Of a stretch of DNA of 64,000 nucleotides, positions 21,841 through 32,176 are shown in pieces. Source of the DNA: an uncultured Gemmatimonadales bacterium (lineage in GTDB: Bacteria; Gemmatimonadota; Gemmatimonadetes; Longimicrobiales; RSA9); NCBI GenBank assembly GCA_963741945.1, contig CAVUKA010000003.1, positions 819,998 to 883,997 of the forward strand, read 5' to 3'. The position numbers and the translations under genes were made by a program. How positions within the stretch are numbered: the first letter of the stretch is position 1; every line of letters begins with the position of its first letter. The notes below the pieces were generated by a model. The model was given only the letters and a program-made list of their open reading frames with translations. It was not told the DNA's origin and did no database searches.

Positions 21841-21921
21841 TCCGGGCGGCGAGCGACGGGGGCGCGGGCCGGGCTGACAGCTCGCCGCGCCTTCGCGTGG
21901 GGCGATGTGCTTCGCGCGCCC

Positions 21922-22365
21922 TCAGCTCTCCCGGCGCCGCCGCAGGCGCCCCACTTCGGGGAGCGCGGCAATGAAAGCGAGGGTCGAGACGGTGGCGGAG
22001 CCGATGCACCAGCGGCACCAGGCCCCGATCACCCATTCCTCGAGGGCGCTCAGATAGAGCGTGAAGACGAACGCCACGCCGGTGAGCGTGACGAGCGCGG
22101 TGGAGACCCACGCGCGCTCGGCCAGACCGGCCCGCGTTCCGGCGAGTGCCACGACCAGGATGGCGATGTAGCCGGCGAGGCCCAGGGCGGCGACGGGAAT
22201 GCCGGCGAACATGGCATAGCGGGAGGCCTGCACGGTCTCGCAGCCGCCGCCGACGCCACAGATCACGGTGGGGATCAGGCCGAGCTTGTACAGCAGGAGG
22301 TAGCCGGCAATGAAGATCCCGGCCATGGCGAGCACCGCGATGGCCTGGCGATTGACGAGGTTCAT
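21922..22365 (-). CDS. Vitamin K epoxide reductase (VKOR) family
   Basis: CGVGGGCETVQAS, GIPVAALG, WCRWC. Confidence 0.92.
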   Translation of the reverse strand: MNLVNRQAIAVLAMAGIFIAGYLLLYKLGLIPTVICGVGGGCETVQASRYAMFAGIPVAALGLAGYIAILVVALAGTRAGLAERAWVSTALVTLTGVAFVFTLYLSALEEWVIGAWCRWCIGSATVSTLAFIAALPEVGRLRRRRES

Positions 22366-23120
22366 TGGCCCGGGGTCGCTGCCTCCGCGGCAGTGGAGTC
22401 GAGGACCCGGAGCAGGTTGCGCTCCATGTCGCCCACGGTCCGGCCGCCGACCTGTCGATTGTTGACGAGCACGGTGGGCGTGCTGTTGACGCCCAGCTGT
22501 TCGCCGACCATGCGGTTGGCCGTGACCACCTGCGCGTACTGGTCGCTCTTCAGGCAGCGCTCGAACGCGCCCGCGTCCAGCCCGATCGCCTTCGCGTAGC
22601 CGACGAACGTGTCCTCCACGTCCCGCTGCGCGCTCCAGTTGGGCTGCTCCTGGAAGAGCTTCTCGTGCATGGGCCAGTACCCGCTCTCGCCGTTCAGCTG
22701 CTGGGCGCCGGCGCAGCGCGCGGCGCGCGCGGCCAGGAAGGAGTGGATGTGGGTGCCGCCGAGGGGGAAGTCGTAGAAGATCAGCTCGGCCTCACCGCGA
22801 TCGATGTACGGCATGAGCTTCGGCCGCACCTCGAGCGAGAACTCCCGGCACGCGGGGCACATGAAGTCGGCGAACTCGACGATCTTGATCGGCGCGTTCT
22901 CGTTTCCAATGCGGACCGGCGTGGCCTGCTCGTACAGCGCACGCGCATCGGACGCGTCCAGCTCCACGGGCTCCGTGGCGGCCGTGCCGCCTCCACCCGT
23001 GAGCGCGTACCCCAGGGCGGCCAGGCCGATGACGGCGACCACCGCCAGCACGGCATAGAAAATCCCGTTCCCCCCGCCACCCTTCTGGGCGGGCGACCCC
23101 TTCCGCTGTCTCTGCGCCAC
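22362..23120 (-). CDS. Membrane-anchored DsbA family protein
   Basis: TM anchor, ADFMCPAC, GVNSTPT. Confidence 0.9.
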   Translation of the reverse strand: MAQRQRKGSPAQKGGGGNGIFYAVLAVVAVIGLAALGYALTGGGGTAATEPVELDASDARALYEQATPVRIGNENAPIKIVEFADFMCPACREFSLEVRPKLMPYIDRGEAELIFYDFPLGGTHIHSFLAARAARCAGAQQLNGESGYWPMHEKLFQEQPNWSAQRDVEDTFVGYAKAIGLDAGAFERCLKSDQYAQVVTANRMVGEQLGVNSTPTVLVNNRQVGGRTVGDMERNLLRVLDSTAAEAATPGQ

Positions 23121-23229
23121 GCTCGACCCCCTCGCTGTGTTGCGGCTCGTTACGCCCTCGCTGATACACGCCGGAAGATGACGGGGTTTCCGGGTGGGTC
23201 AAGGGCGGCGGACCACCCGGCCCGGTCGC

Positions 23230-23919
23230 TCAGCCCACCGTGGCGAGAAGCGCGTCCGTATCCCGCAGGTCGGTCAGGACCACATCGGCGCCAGCCTCCT
23301 CGAGCTCGGCCACGCTGTGCTTCCCGGTGGCCACGGCCACGGCCCACACACCCAGCTCGCGGCCGCACGTCACGTCGAACGGCGTGTCCCCGATGATGAC
23401 GATGTCGCGACCGCGAAAGTCGATGCCCGTGCGCTCCTTCGCTCGCCGGACCGCCACGGCGGGGAGCCGGTCCCGGCGCTCGTGGTCGGAGCCGAACGCG
23501 CCGAAGTCGAAGCGCTTCCAGAGGTCCACGGCGCCCAGCTTCAGCCGGGCCCCGGGCGCGATGTTCCCGGTGAGGAGGGCCACCAGGTGGTCGCCCGTCT
23601 GGTGCAGCCGGTCGAGTGCGGTGTAGACGCCGGGCAGGACGCGCGTGTCGGCGTCCGGCCGCGCCAGCTCCACTTTCAGCTCGCGCAGGTACGCCTCCCA
23701 GAGGAGCGGGAGGGCGGGGTCGATACGCGCGTCCTCGAAGCCGGCCATGTGGAGCAGCTCGCGGGCGATCTGCGGGTCGGTCCGGCCATGGAAGTCGTAC
23801 GTGTCCATGGGCCCCGTCTCGCCATAGACCTGGAGCATGGCTCGTCGGAAGGAGCGCGACCCGGCCCCGTGCGTGTTGACCAGCGTGCCGTCGATATCGA
23901 ACAGGACCAGCTTCCGCAC
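23230..23919 (-). CDS. HAD family hydrolase
   Basis: LFDIDGTL, LTGN, IGDTPFD. Confidence 0.92.
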   Translation of the reverse strand: MRKLVLFDIDGTLVNTHGAGSRSFRRAMLQVYGETGPMDTYDFHGRTDPQIARELLHMAGFEDARIDPALPLLWEAYLRELKVELARPDADTRVLPGVYTALDRLHQTGDHLVALLTGNIAPGARLKLGAVDLWKRFDFGAFGSDHERRDRLPAVAVRRAKERTGIDFRGRDIVIIGDTPFDVTCGRELGVWAVAVATGKHSVAELEEAGADVVLTDLRDTDALLATVG

Positions 23920-23922
23920 CGC

Positions 23923-24852
23923 TCAGCTCCCGTCCACGGCCCGCTCGATGGCCTCGGCCATGGCATCGGCCGCGAGTGCGCCAAGGGCGAGGAGAAGTCC
24001 CGGCTCCACGGGCGACGCCGATTCGGCGGTGGACACGGCGAACGTGACGTCGCCATCGAACGGCGTGTGCGCGGGGAAGATGCGCCGTGCCTGCGCCGCG
24101 GACCCCGCCCGCGCCAGCGACTGCAGCGCCGGCCGCGTCAGCGGCGCGTCCGTGGCGATCACGCACAGCGTGGTGTTCGTCCCCGGCACCGCCCCGCCCA
24201 GGGGCGCGCCGGCCTCCCCGCCGCGGAGGAGGGCGACGGCATCGACGAAGCCGCCATCGTCGCCCCGTGCCCCCGCCAGGATCCGGCCCCGGGCGTCCCG
24301 CACGTCGCCCAGCGCGTTCACCACCGCGAGCGCACCCACCGTGTAGCCGAGCGCCCGCAGCGATGCCGTACCCACGCCCCCGGGCGACACCCGGTCCGGG
24401 CCCAGGAGCTTGCCGACCGTTGCGCCCGTCCCCGCGCCCACGCGCCCTTCCGCCACGTCCGCCCCCGCGGCCTCGCACGCCGCCCTGCCCGCGGCCGCGT
24501 CCGGGCGCCGGTCCGGGCGGCCGGCCGCCAGGTCGAAGATCACGGCCGCCGGAACGATGGGGACGCGGGCGACCCCGGTGTCGAACCCCTGCCCGGCTTC
24601 TTCCAGCCACGCCGCCACGCCGTCCGCCGCCGCGAGCCCGAACGCCGAGCCGCCGGTGAGGAGGATGGCGTCCGCGCGCTCCACCAGGTGCAGATGCGAG
24701 ATGGCCTCCAGCTCGCGCGTGCCCGTGGCCGTGCCGCGCACGTCGCAGCCCGCGCGGAACGGCCCGAGGACCACGGTGCACCCGGTGCGCGCGTCGGGAT
24801 CGGTGGCGTGCCCGACGCGGATCCCCGGGACATCGGTGATCCGGCCGCTCAT
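23923..24852 (-). CDS. P1/S58 (DmpA-like) peptidase
   Basis: ITDVPGIRVGH, GGSAFGLAAADG, GTNTT, HTPFDGD. Confidence 0.9.
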   Translation of the reverse strand: MSGRITDVPGIRVGHATDPDARTGCTVVLGPFRAGCDVRGTATGTRELEAISHLHLVERADAILLTGGSAFGLAAADGVAAWLEEAGQGFDTGVARVPIVPAAVIFDLAAGRPDRRPDAAAGRAACEAAGADVAEGRVGAGTGATVGKLLGPDRVSPGGVGTASLRALGYTVGALAVVNALGDVRDARGRILAGARGDDGGFVDAVALLRGGEAGAPLGGAVPGTNTTLCVIATDAPLTRPALQSLARAGSAAQARRIFPAHTPFDGDVTFAVSTAESASPVEPGLLLALGALAADAMAEAIERAVDGS

Positions 24853-24907
24853 GCCCCGGCCGTCGGAACGCCGGCGCAAGCCGGCCGGAACAGCGTCGCC
24901 TCCCGAC

Positions 24908-25654
24908 TCACCGGGCGGCGCGGGCGGCGCGCACCGCTTCCGCGAACGCGGTCATGAGGCGGATGTTGGGATCGGTGTTCTCCGCCTCCGCTTCCAGCCG
25001 TTCCGGGTGCCACTGGACGCCCAACACCCAGTCGCGCCCGGTGTGCTCGATCCCTTCCACCAGCCCGTCCGCGGCGCGGGCGGTGCACCGCAGCCCTTCG
25101 CCCAGGTCCTTCACGGCCTGGTGATGGAACGAGTTGATCTCCAGCGGCGCGCACTCCCCCAGGATCTCATACAGCCGGCTGTCTGGCGTGCAGTCCACGG
25201 TGTGGTGGTGCTGACCCCACGGCTCTTCCTGGTAGTGCGTGACCTGCTCGCCACGCTGGGTGGGCAGGTCCTGGTACAGCGTGCCGCCGAAATAGACGTT
25301 CAGGACCTGCATCCCGCGGCAGATGCCCATCACGGGGATGTTCTCCGCCATGGCCGCATCCAGCGCCGTCCACTCGGCGGCATCGCGCGCGGGATTCACC
25401 ACGTCGAGCTCGGGCACCGGCTTCTCGCCATACCTCGCGGGCACGATGTCCTCGCCGCCCGTGAGCAGCAGCCCGGACGCGATGCCCACCAGCTCGGCGA
25501 TGGCCTCGGGGTCGTGGGCGGGCGTGACCAGGACGGGAGTGAGCCCCACGCGCGCCAGGAGGCGGAGATAATTGGAGTAGATCTCCACCCGCGGCTGGCG
25601 ATCGCGGCCGCCCTGCGGATTGAGTGTGGTGGTCAGTGCGACGAACGGTTCCAT
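24908..25654 (-). CDS. Peptidase C26 / gamma-glutamyl-GABA hydrolase family
   Basis: LLTGGED, GICRGMQ, NSFHHQAV, GVQWHPE. Confidence 0.92.
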   Translation of the reverse strand: MEPFVALTTTLNPQGGRDRQPRVEIYSNYLRLLARVGLTPVLVTPAHDPEAIAELVGIASGLLLTGGEDIVPARYGEKPVPELDVVNPARDAAEWTALDAAMAENIPVMGICRGMQVLNVYFGGTLYQDLPTQRGEQVTHYQEEPWGQHHHTVDCTPDSRLYEILGECAPLEINSFHHQAVKDLGEGLRCTARAADGLVEGIEHTGRDWVLGVQWHPERLEAEAENTDPNIRLMTAFAEAVRAARAAR

Positions 25655-26802
25655 GGCCTCGTTGTTCTCGTGCTCGATTCCGGAGCCACCGGTGCGGCTC
25701 CGCCCCGGGCGACGACCCCCAGCAAGAGCTGTCCCACCCGGTCATTGTCGACCACCCCGCCGAACGCGGCCGCGCCGGGGCCGCGAGCGAACAGCGGGAC
25801 CAGGGACGCCGTGTGGCCGGTGGTGGTGTAGTGCGCGCCGAACGTTCCCATCGGGTCGGCGTGGAGCGCCAGCCCGCCGGTGTTGTGGTCGGCCAGCACC
25901 ACGATCAGCGTGTTCGGGTGCTCCTCCTGGTACGCCAGCGCGCGGCGGATGGACAGGTCGAGGTCCAGCACTTCGGCGATGACCTCCTGGAGCGGCGCGT
26001 TCTCGTGTCCGCGCCAGTCGATCTGCGAACCCTCCACCAGCAGGAAGAAGCCCCGGTCCTGGTGCGACAGCACCCGCAGCGCCGATCCCGTCATCTCGGG
26101 CAGCGAGGGCTTCCGCTCCGTGGCCGTGCCGGGATTGTTCTCGGAGAACAGCCCCACCAGCGACCGGATCGTGTCGGGGTCCAGCGCGGCGAACGTCTCC
26201 GGCGAGTCCACGAACACGGACCGGCCGCGGAAGGCCGCCAGCAGGTCCAGCTGGTCCGCACGCCGGGTGGGGTCGAAATACTGGCGACCACCGCCCAGCA
26301 GCACCGTGGGCGCCAGCTTCGCGATCTGCGCCGCGATCTCCCAGTGCTCGTTCCGGCTGGCTACGTGGGCGAGGAACGCGGCCGGCGTGGCGTGCGTCAC
26401 GGTGGCCGTCACCACCACGCCGGTGCCCATCCCGTTCTTCTGCGCCACTTCCAGAACGGTCGGGAGCGGCGTCGTGTCGGTCGACACGGCGATCCCGCCG
26501 TTGTACGTCCGCTGCCCGGTGGAGAACGCGGTCGCGCCCGCGGCGCTGTCGGTGACCCGGCTGTCCGCGCTCTGCGTGGTCATCAGCCCGATGGTCGGGA
26601 AGCGGTCGATCGCCAGATCCGACGTCGCCAGCTTCGCGGCCGTCCAGTACGCCAGCCCTGCTCCGTCGGCGACGAAGAGCACCACGCTGAACGGCCCCCC
26701 TGCCGCCGGTGTCGGGGGCGGGGCGGGCCGCGCGGGCGGGCCGCACGCCGCGGCCGTGAGGAGGGCGAGGAGGGCGGCGCTGCGGCGTATCCGGAGTTTC
26801 AC
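25633..26802 (-). CDS. Alkaline phosphatase family lipoprotein
   Basis: FVADGAG, VTDSAAGATA, THATPAAF, VEGSQIDW.GH, ADHNTGG; lipobox AAAC. Confidence 0.9.
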   Translation of the reverse strand: MKLRIRRSAALLALLTAAACGPPARPAPPPTPAAGGPFSVVLFVADGAGLAYWTAAKLATSDLAIDRFPTIGLMTTQSADSRVTDSAAGATAFSTGQRTYNGGIAVSTDTTPLPTVLEVAQKNGMGTGVVVTATVTHATPAAFLAHVASRNEHWEIAAQIAKLAPTVLLGGGRQYFDPTRRADQLDLLAAFRGRSVFVDSPETFAALDPDTIRSLVGLFSENNPGTATERKPSLPEMTGSALRVLSHQDRGFFLLVEGSQIDWRGHENAPLQEVIAEVLDLDLSIRRALAYQEEHPNTLIVVLADHNTGGLALHADPMGTFGAHYTTTGHTASLVPLFARGPGAAAFGGVVDNDRVGQLLLGVVARGGAAPVAPESSTRTTRPWNRSSH

Positions 26803-26825
26803 GGGTCCGTTCGGTTCCTGGTGGC

Positions 26826-27818
26826 TCAGCGCGCGGCCAGCAGCTCCGGCACGCGCGAGGGGTCGATGTTCCCGCCGGAGATCACGGCAGCCGCGGCCCC
26901 GCCGGACCACGCCCCCGACTCCAGCGCGGCGACGGTGGCCGCGCCGGAATACTCGACCAGCAGCTTGCCCCGCGCCAGCAGGCGACCGGCCGCGGCGCGG
27001 ATCGCGTCGTCATCCACGAGCACCACGTCGTCCACCAGCGCGCGGGCGTGGGCGAACGTGAGCGCGCCCACGCGGACCGGGAGCAGCCCGTCGGCGATGC
27101 TGTCCGTGGCATCCAGCGTCACCAGCTCGCCGGCGTCGAGAGAGCGACGCATGGCCGCGGAGCCCGTGGGCTCCACCCCCACCACCGCCACTCCGGGGCG
27201 GAGCCGCTTCACCGCCGCAGCAACGCCGCTCAGCAGCCCGCCCCCGCCGATCGGAACCAGGATCGCCTCCACGCCAGGCCAGTCCTCCACGATCTCCAGC
27301 CCGACCGTCCCCTGCCCCGCGATGATGTCCGGATGGTCGAACGGCGGGATCATGACCATGCCCCGCCGCTCCTGCTCCCGCTCCGCACGCGCCCGCCGCT
27401 CCTCCGACGTGGTCCCCTCCATCACCACTTCCGCCCCCAGACGCTTCGTCCCTTCCACTTTCACTGCCGGCGCGTTCACCGGCATGACGATGAGCGCCGG
27501 GACCCCGAACCGACGCGCCGCGTACGCCACGGCCTGGGCGTGGTTCCCGCTGGAGTAGGTGATGACGCCGCGGGCCCGCTCCTCCGCCGAAAGCCGGGAG
27601 ACCATGGTGTACGCGCCCCGGAGCTTGAACGCGCCGATCGGCTGGAACGACTCGCACTTCAGCCGCACTTCGCTCCCCACCACCTCCGTGACCCACGGCG
27701 CCGGGAGCAGCGGAGTGCGCACCGCCACACCTTCCAGGCCGCGGGCGGCGGCGAGGATCGAGTCGAGCGTGACCAGCTCCGCGGCCGTAGCGGCCGGGCC
27801 CCCGGACGCGGGACTCAC
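26826..27818 (-). CDS. PLP-dependent threonine/serine dehydratase
   Basis: [35 protein letters not shown]. Confidence 0.92.
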   Translation of the reverse strand: MSPASGGPAATAAELVTLDSILAAARGLEGVAVRTPLLPAPWVTEVVGSEVRLKCESFQPIGAFKLRGAYTMVSRLSAEERARGVITYSSGNHAQAVAYAARRFGVPALIVMPVNAPAVKVEGTKRLGAEVVMEGTTSEERRARAEREQERRGMVMIPPFDHPDIIAGQGTVGLEIVEDWPGVEAILVPIGGGGLLSGVAAAVKRLRPGVAVVGVEPTGSAAMRRSLDAGELVTLDATDSIADGLLPVRVGALTFAHARALVDDVVLVDDDAIRAAAGRLLARGKLLVEYSGAATVAALESGAWSGGAAAAVISGGNIDPSRVPELLAAR

Positions 27819-30505
27819 GACTCCGGCTCTGCGTCCGCGGACAGCCCCTCCGCGCTCGGCTCCGCCGACAGCGCCTCGCCGGCCGCTTCGTCGCCGATCA
27901 ATTCGTCGCCGATCAACTCGCCGTCGATCGCCTCGTCGTCCTCCGGGACCAGCCGCGCCACGTCCATCACTTCGTCCGCCTCGTCCAGCGCGATCAGGCG
28001 CACGCCCTGCGTGTTGCGACCGATGACCCGGATCTCGGACACCGACTGCCGATTCACCACGCCGTTGCGCGTGATCATGACCAGCTCGTCATCCGGGTTG
28101 ACGCCCTTGATCGACACCACCTTCCCCGTCTTGCTCGTCGTCCGGATGTTGATCACGCCCTTCCCGCCCCGGCCCTGCAGACGGTAGTCGTCGATCCGGC
28201 TTCGCTTCCCGAGCCCCCGCTCCGTCACCACCAGCAGCGTGGGCTCCCCCTCGACTCCCGCTGCCGGCGGCTCCGCCGGCGACGCCCCGTCACCCGCCAG
28301 CGCGGCCGCTTCCTCGTCCGCCGCCGTGCCGGCCGCCGACGTGGCTCCGCCCGCCTCGCCGATCGCCGCGGCGCCCGGGCGGACCACGACCATGCCGACC
28401 ACGTAGTCGTCCTTCATCAGGCGGATGCCCCGGACGCCGGTGGTGGCCCGCCCCATCTGCCGGACGTCATCCTCCTGGAAGCGGATGGCCATGCCCTCGT
28501 GCGTGGCCAGGATCACCTGGTCGTCGCCCGACGTGATCTGGACATCGATCAGCTCATCGCCCTCCAGCACGTTGATGGCGTTCACGCCCGTGACGCGGAT
28601 GTGCTGGTATGCGCTGAGCGCGCTCTTCTTCACCACGCCGCGACGCGTGGTGAACAGCAGGTTCAGCTCGTCGCTGAACTCGCGCACGGGGACCACCGCG
28701 GCGATGGCCGCCTCCGGCCCGAGCTGGAGCAGGTTGATGATCGGCTTCCCCCTCGCGGCGCGGCCGACCTGCGGGATCTGGTGCACTTTCAGCCAGTAGC
28801 ACTGGCCGCGGCGGGTGAACACCATGAGGTAGTCGTGGGTCTGCGCCAGGAACAGGTGCTCGACCCAGTCTTCCTCCTTCGTGTTCATCCCCATCAGCCC
28901 CCGCCCGCCCCGGCGCTGCGTCCGGTACGTGTCCAGCGGGAGGCGCTTGACATACCCCGCGTGGGAGATGGTGACGACCATGGGCTCGTCGGGGATCAGG
29001 TCCTCGATGGACAGGTCGACACTGTCGCCCACGATCTGGGTCCGCCGGTCGTCGCCGTACTTGTCCGCCAGCTCCTGGAGCTCGTCCTTGATGATCTGGA
29101 AGCGGCGAGCCTGGTTGGACAGGATGTCCTCCAGGTCCTCGATGGTGGCCAGGACCTGCCGGATCTCCTCTTCCAGCTTCTCGATCTCCAGCCCCGTGAG
29201 GCGGGCCAGGCGCATGTCCAGGATCGCCCGCGCCTGCGCCTCGCTCAGCTCGAACTCCGACATGAGGGAGCCGCGCGCTTCCTCCGTGTCGCTCGAGCCG
29301 CGGACGATCTCGATCACGCGGTCGATGTTGTCGACGGCGATCTTCAGCCCCTGGAGGATGTGCTCGCGCGCCCGGGCCTGCGCCAGGTCGTGCTCGCTCC
29401 GGCGCACGATCACTGTGTGGCGATGATCGATGAAGTGGCGGAGCAGCTCCTTCAGGCTCATGACCCGCGGCACGCCATTGTCCAGCGCCAGCATGATCAC
29501 GCCGAACGTGGACTGCATCTGCGTGTGCTTGAACAGCTGGTTCAGCACGATGTAGGGGATGGCGTCGCGCTTGAGCTCGATCACCACGCGCATTCCGTCC
29601 CGGTCGCTCTCGTCGCGCAGGTCCCGGATGTCCGTGATCCGCTTGTCGCGCACCAGCTGCGCCATCTGCTCGATCATGCGCGCCTTGTTCACCATGTACG
29701 GGATCTCGTGGACGATGATCCGGCTGCTGCCGTCGTCGTCCTCCTCGATCTGCGCTTTCGCCCGCATGATGATCCGGCCCCGCCCCGTCTCGTACGCCTC
29801 ACGGATCCCGTCGCGACCATGGATGAACCCGCCCGTGGGCAGGTCCGGGCCGCGCACGTGCTCCATCAGGTCCGCCACCGTGCACTCCGGGTTGTCCACC
29901 AGGTGCTGCGCCGCCGCCACCACTTCACGCAGGTTGTGCGGCGGGATGTTCGTGGCCATCCCCACCGCGATCCCGGACGCCCCGTTCACCAGCAGGTTCG
30001 GCAGCTTCGACGGCAGGACCACCGGCTCCTCGCGCTGGTCGTCGAACGTGGGCGTGAAGCCCACGGTGTCCTTGTCGATGTCCGCCAGCAGCTCCTGCGC
30101 GATGGCCTGGAGCCTCGCCTCCGTGTACCGGTACGCCGCGGCGTTGTCGCCATCGATGGAGCCGAAGTTCCCCTGCCCGTCCACCAGCGGGTAGCGCAGC
30201 GAGAAGGACTGGACCATCCGCACCATGGCGTCGTACACCGCCGAGTCGCCGTGCGGGTGGTACTTCCCCAGCACTTCGCCCACCACGTTCGCGCTCTTCT
30301 TGTACGGCCGCGTGGGGCCCAGACCCAGCTCGCTCATGGCGTACAGGATCCGCCGGTGCACCGGCTTCAGACCGTCCCGCACGTCCGGCAGCGCCCGCTG
30401 CACGATCACGCTCATCGAGTAGTCCAGGAAGGACTCCCGCATCTCCTCCTCGATGAGGCGAGGAAGGACTTTCGACTGCGTTCCGGGCATGTCCGGAGTG
30501 TCCAT
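27815..30505 (-). CDS. gyrA: DNA gyrase subunit A
   Basis: [32 protein letters not shown], GyrA-box QRRGGRG, beta-pinwheel CTD. Confidence 0.98.
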   Translation of the reverse strand: MDTPDMPGTQSKVLPRLIEEEMRESFLDYSMSVIVQRALPDVRDGLKPVHRRILYAMSELGLGPTRPYKKSANVVGEVLGKYHPHGDSAVYDAMVRMVQSFSLRYPLVDGQGNFGSIDGDNAAAYRYTEARLQAIAQELLADIDKDTVGFTPTFDDQREEPVVLPSKLPNLLVNGASGIAVGMATNIPPHNLREVVAAAQHLVDNPECTVADLMEHVRGPDLPTGGFIHGRDGIREAYETGRGRIIMRAKAQIEEDDDGSSRIIVHEIPYMVNKARMIEQMAQLVRDKRITDIRDLRDESDRDGMRVVIELKRDAIPYIVLNQLFKHTQMQSTFGVIMLALDNGVPRVMSLKELLRHFIDHRHTVIVRRSEHDLAQARAREHILQGLKIAVDNIDRVIEIVRGSSDTEEARGSLMSEFELSEAQARAILDMRLARLTGLEIEKLEEEIRQVLATIEDLEDILSNQARRFQIIKDELQELADKYGDDRRTQIVGDSVDLSIEDLIPDEPMVVTISHAGYVKRLPLDTYRTQRRGGRGLMGMNTKEEDWVEHLFLAQTHDYLMVFTRRGQCYWLKVHQIPQVGRAARGKPIINLLQLGPEAAIAAVVPVREFSDELNLLFTTRRGVVKKSALSAYQHIRVTGVNAINVLEGDELIDVQITSGDDQVILATHEGMAIRFQEDDVRQMGRATTGVRGIRLMKDDYVVGMVVVRPGAAAIGEAGGATSAAGTAADEEAAALAGDGASPAEPPAAGVEGEPTLLVVTERGLGKRSRIDDYRLQGRGGKGVINIRTTSKTGKVVSIKGVNPDDELVMITRNGVVNRQSVSEIRVIGRNTQGVRLIALDEADEVMDVARLVPEDDEAIDGELIGDELIGDEAAGEALSAEPSAEGLSADAEPES

Positions 30506-30651
30506 CGGCAACCGTTTTCTTGAATGAGTCGAGTCGGGGGGCCGGCCGGTTGACCGGCAACCCCGTAATTTAGCCAGTTTCCAGGGTTTCTGCGAGTCAT
30601 TCGTCGTACACCTCCGGGCCTCCGAAGTTCACGCGCGCGCGCGCGGAGAAC

Positions 30652-30816
30652 GGCGGAGAGGCGGAGAGAGGCGGAGAGGCGGAGAGGCGGAGAGGCGGAG
30701 AGGCGGAGAGGCGGAGAGGCGGAGAGGCGGAGAGGCGGAGAGCGCGGAGAGGCGGAGAGGCGGAGAGGCGGAGAGGCGGAGAGGCGGAGAGGCGGAGAGC
30801 GGCGGAGAGCGCGGAG
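30652..30816. repeat. 8-bp tandem repeat (GCGGAGAG)n, about 20 units
   Basis: Directly visible array with a few 1-2 nt interruptions. Confidence 0.95.
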
Positions 30817-31107
30817 GAACAGCGGTTCACGCGGAGCCGCGGAGAACGCGGAGGTCCGGCGGCGAGGGCCGGGAGACGGACTCGCCCGGGCGGCTTCCGG
30901 GGGATTCTCTTTTGTTTGTGCCGCGCGCGGCTACGGTGGCGGCATGGCGGGCCCCGCGGGGGATGCCGGGATCACGGTGGAGCGTCGGAGGGAGCGGAGG
31001 AACAGCGATTCACGCGGAGTCGCGGAGAACGCGGAGGGTCCGGCGGCGCGGGCCGGGAGACGGACTGGCCCGGGCGGCTTCCGGGGGATTCTCTCTTGTT
31101 TCTGCCG
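30811..31107. repeat. Two ~113-bp direct repeats (30811-30923, 30994-31107), each carrying CACGCGGAG-CGCGGAGAACGCGGAG
   Basis: Near-identical GCGGAGGAACAGCG...GGGATTCTCT..TGTT..TGCCG blocks. Confidence 0.9.
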
Positions 31108-31122
31108 GGCGCGTTGACACCG

Positions 31123-31449
31123 CCCGGCCACTCGGGGGACCCCGGGGGTCCTCCGCGTCCTCCGCGGCTCCGCGGCTCCGCGTGGAATGGTGTATCGGAG
31201 CGCTCGGTGGCGGCGGAGGCTGGCACCGCTCGGCATGCCCCGGCCACTCGGGGCAACCCGGGGGTTCTCCGCGTCCTCCGCGGCTCCGCGTGGAACGGTG
31301 TATCGGAGCGCTCGGTGGCGGCGGAGGCTGGCACCGCCCGGCATGCCCCGGCCGCTCGAAGCAGCCCGGGGGTCCTCCGCGTCCTTCGCGGCTCCGCGTG
31401 GAATGGTGTATCGGAGCGATCGGTGGCGGCGGAGGCTCGCGCCGCCCGG
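31123..31449. repeat. Three ~108-116-bp tandem units carrying the inverse motif CTCCGCGTCCTCCGCGGCTCCGCGTG
   Basis: Units start at about 31123, 31239 and 31347; each contains GGAAYGGTGTATCGGAGCG.TCGGTGGCGGCGGAGGC. Confidence 0.92.
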
Positions 31450-31452
31450 ACG

Positions 31453-31923
31453 CTAGGAATTGACCCGGAGTCGGGAACCGGAGTCGGGGACGTAGCCGTT
31501 CACGATGCGGGAGATGCCCTCCTTCATGGTGGGCGCGCCGAAATTGAGGAGGAGGGCGACCTGCAGGTCCATCAGGCGGAGATACGTGAAGGTCTGCCGG
31601 CGGTGGACCGGAAGCAGGTGCTCCACCGCCTTGACCTCCACCACCACGATCTCGTTGATCAGCAGGTCCACCGTGAGCGCGCCGTCGAAACGGAGGCCGT
31701 CGTATTCGAACGTGACCGGCCGCTGGCGCTCCACCCGCAGTCCACGCCGCGCCAGGTCCTTCGCCAGCAGCCGCTCGTACACCGACTCCAGCAGCCCCGG
31801 CCCCAGCCCCCGGTGCAGCCAGTAGGCGGCATCTACGATCTCCGCCGTGATCACATCCGTTCCGGGCACGACTTCGACGATTCCGCAGTCGTGTCCCCCG
31901 CCCGCCTCACCACTCCCCTTCAT
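31453..31923 (-). CDS. GxxExxY protein (PD-(D/E)XK nuclease superfamily)
   Basis: LGPGLLESVYE, VDLLINEIVVVEVKAV, Q.FTYLRL, LLLNF; true start may be further downstream. Confidence 0.92.
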   Translation of the reverse strand: MKGSGEAGGGHDCGIVEVVPGTDVITAEIVDAAYWLHRGLGPGLLESVYERLLAKDLARRGLRVERQRPVTFEYDGLRFDGALTVDLLINEIVVVEVKAVEHLLPVHRRQTFTYLRLMDLQVALLLNFGAPTMKEGISRIVNGYVPDSGSRLRVNS

Positions 31924-31932
31924 GGCTCCTCA

Positions 31933-32070
31933 CGCAGTTCCCTCCGCGCTCTCCGCGCCTCCGCGTGACCGCAGTTCCTCCGCGCTCTCCGCGCCCTCCG
32001 CGTGACCGCAGTTCCTCCGCGCTCTCCGCGCCCTCCGCGTGACCGCAGTTCCCTCCGCGCTCTCCGCGTG
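31933..32070. repeat. Four 37-bp tandem units (CGCAGTTCCCTCCGCGCTCTCCGCGCCCTCCGCGTGAC), last partial
   Basis: Units start at 31933, 31970, 32007 and 32044. Confidence 0.93.
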
Positions 32071-32176
32071 GGAATGTTCCGGGTGTGGTGGGGCACGGGA
32101 ATGGCCCGATGCGCCGTCCTGCGGGGATACCGGGCGCCGCGCCGCGCCCTGGAACGGTCCGGCCGCTCCGCTCCGC

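Noticed and set aside
30597-31463. ORFs such as LRLSASPP and PRPPRLRV repeats
   Set aside because: Translations of non-coding repeats with unit lengths that shift frame; no RBS or family signal.
31123-32070. 37-bp and ~108-bp repeats as a CRISPR array
   Set aside because: Units are directly tandem or have near-identical intervening sequence; no unique spacers and no cas genes.
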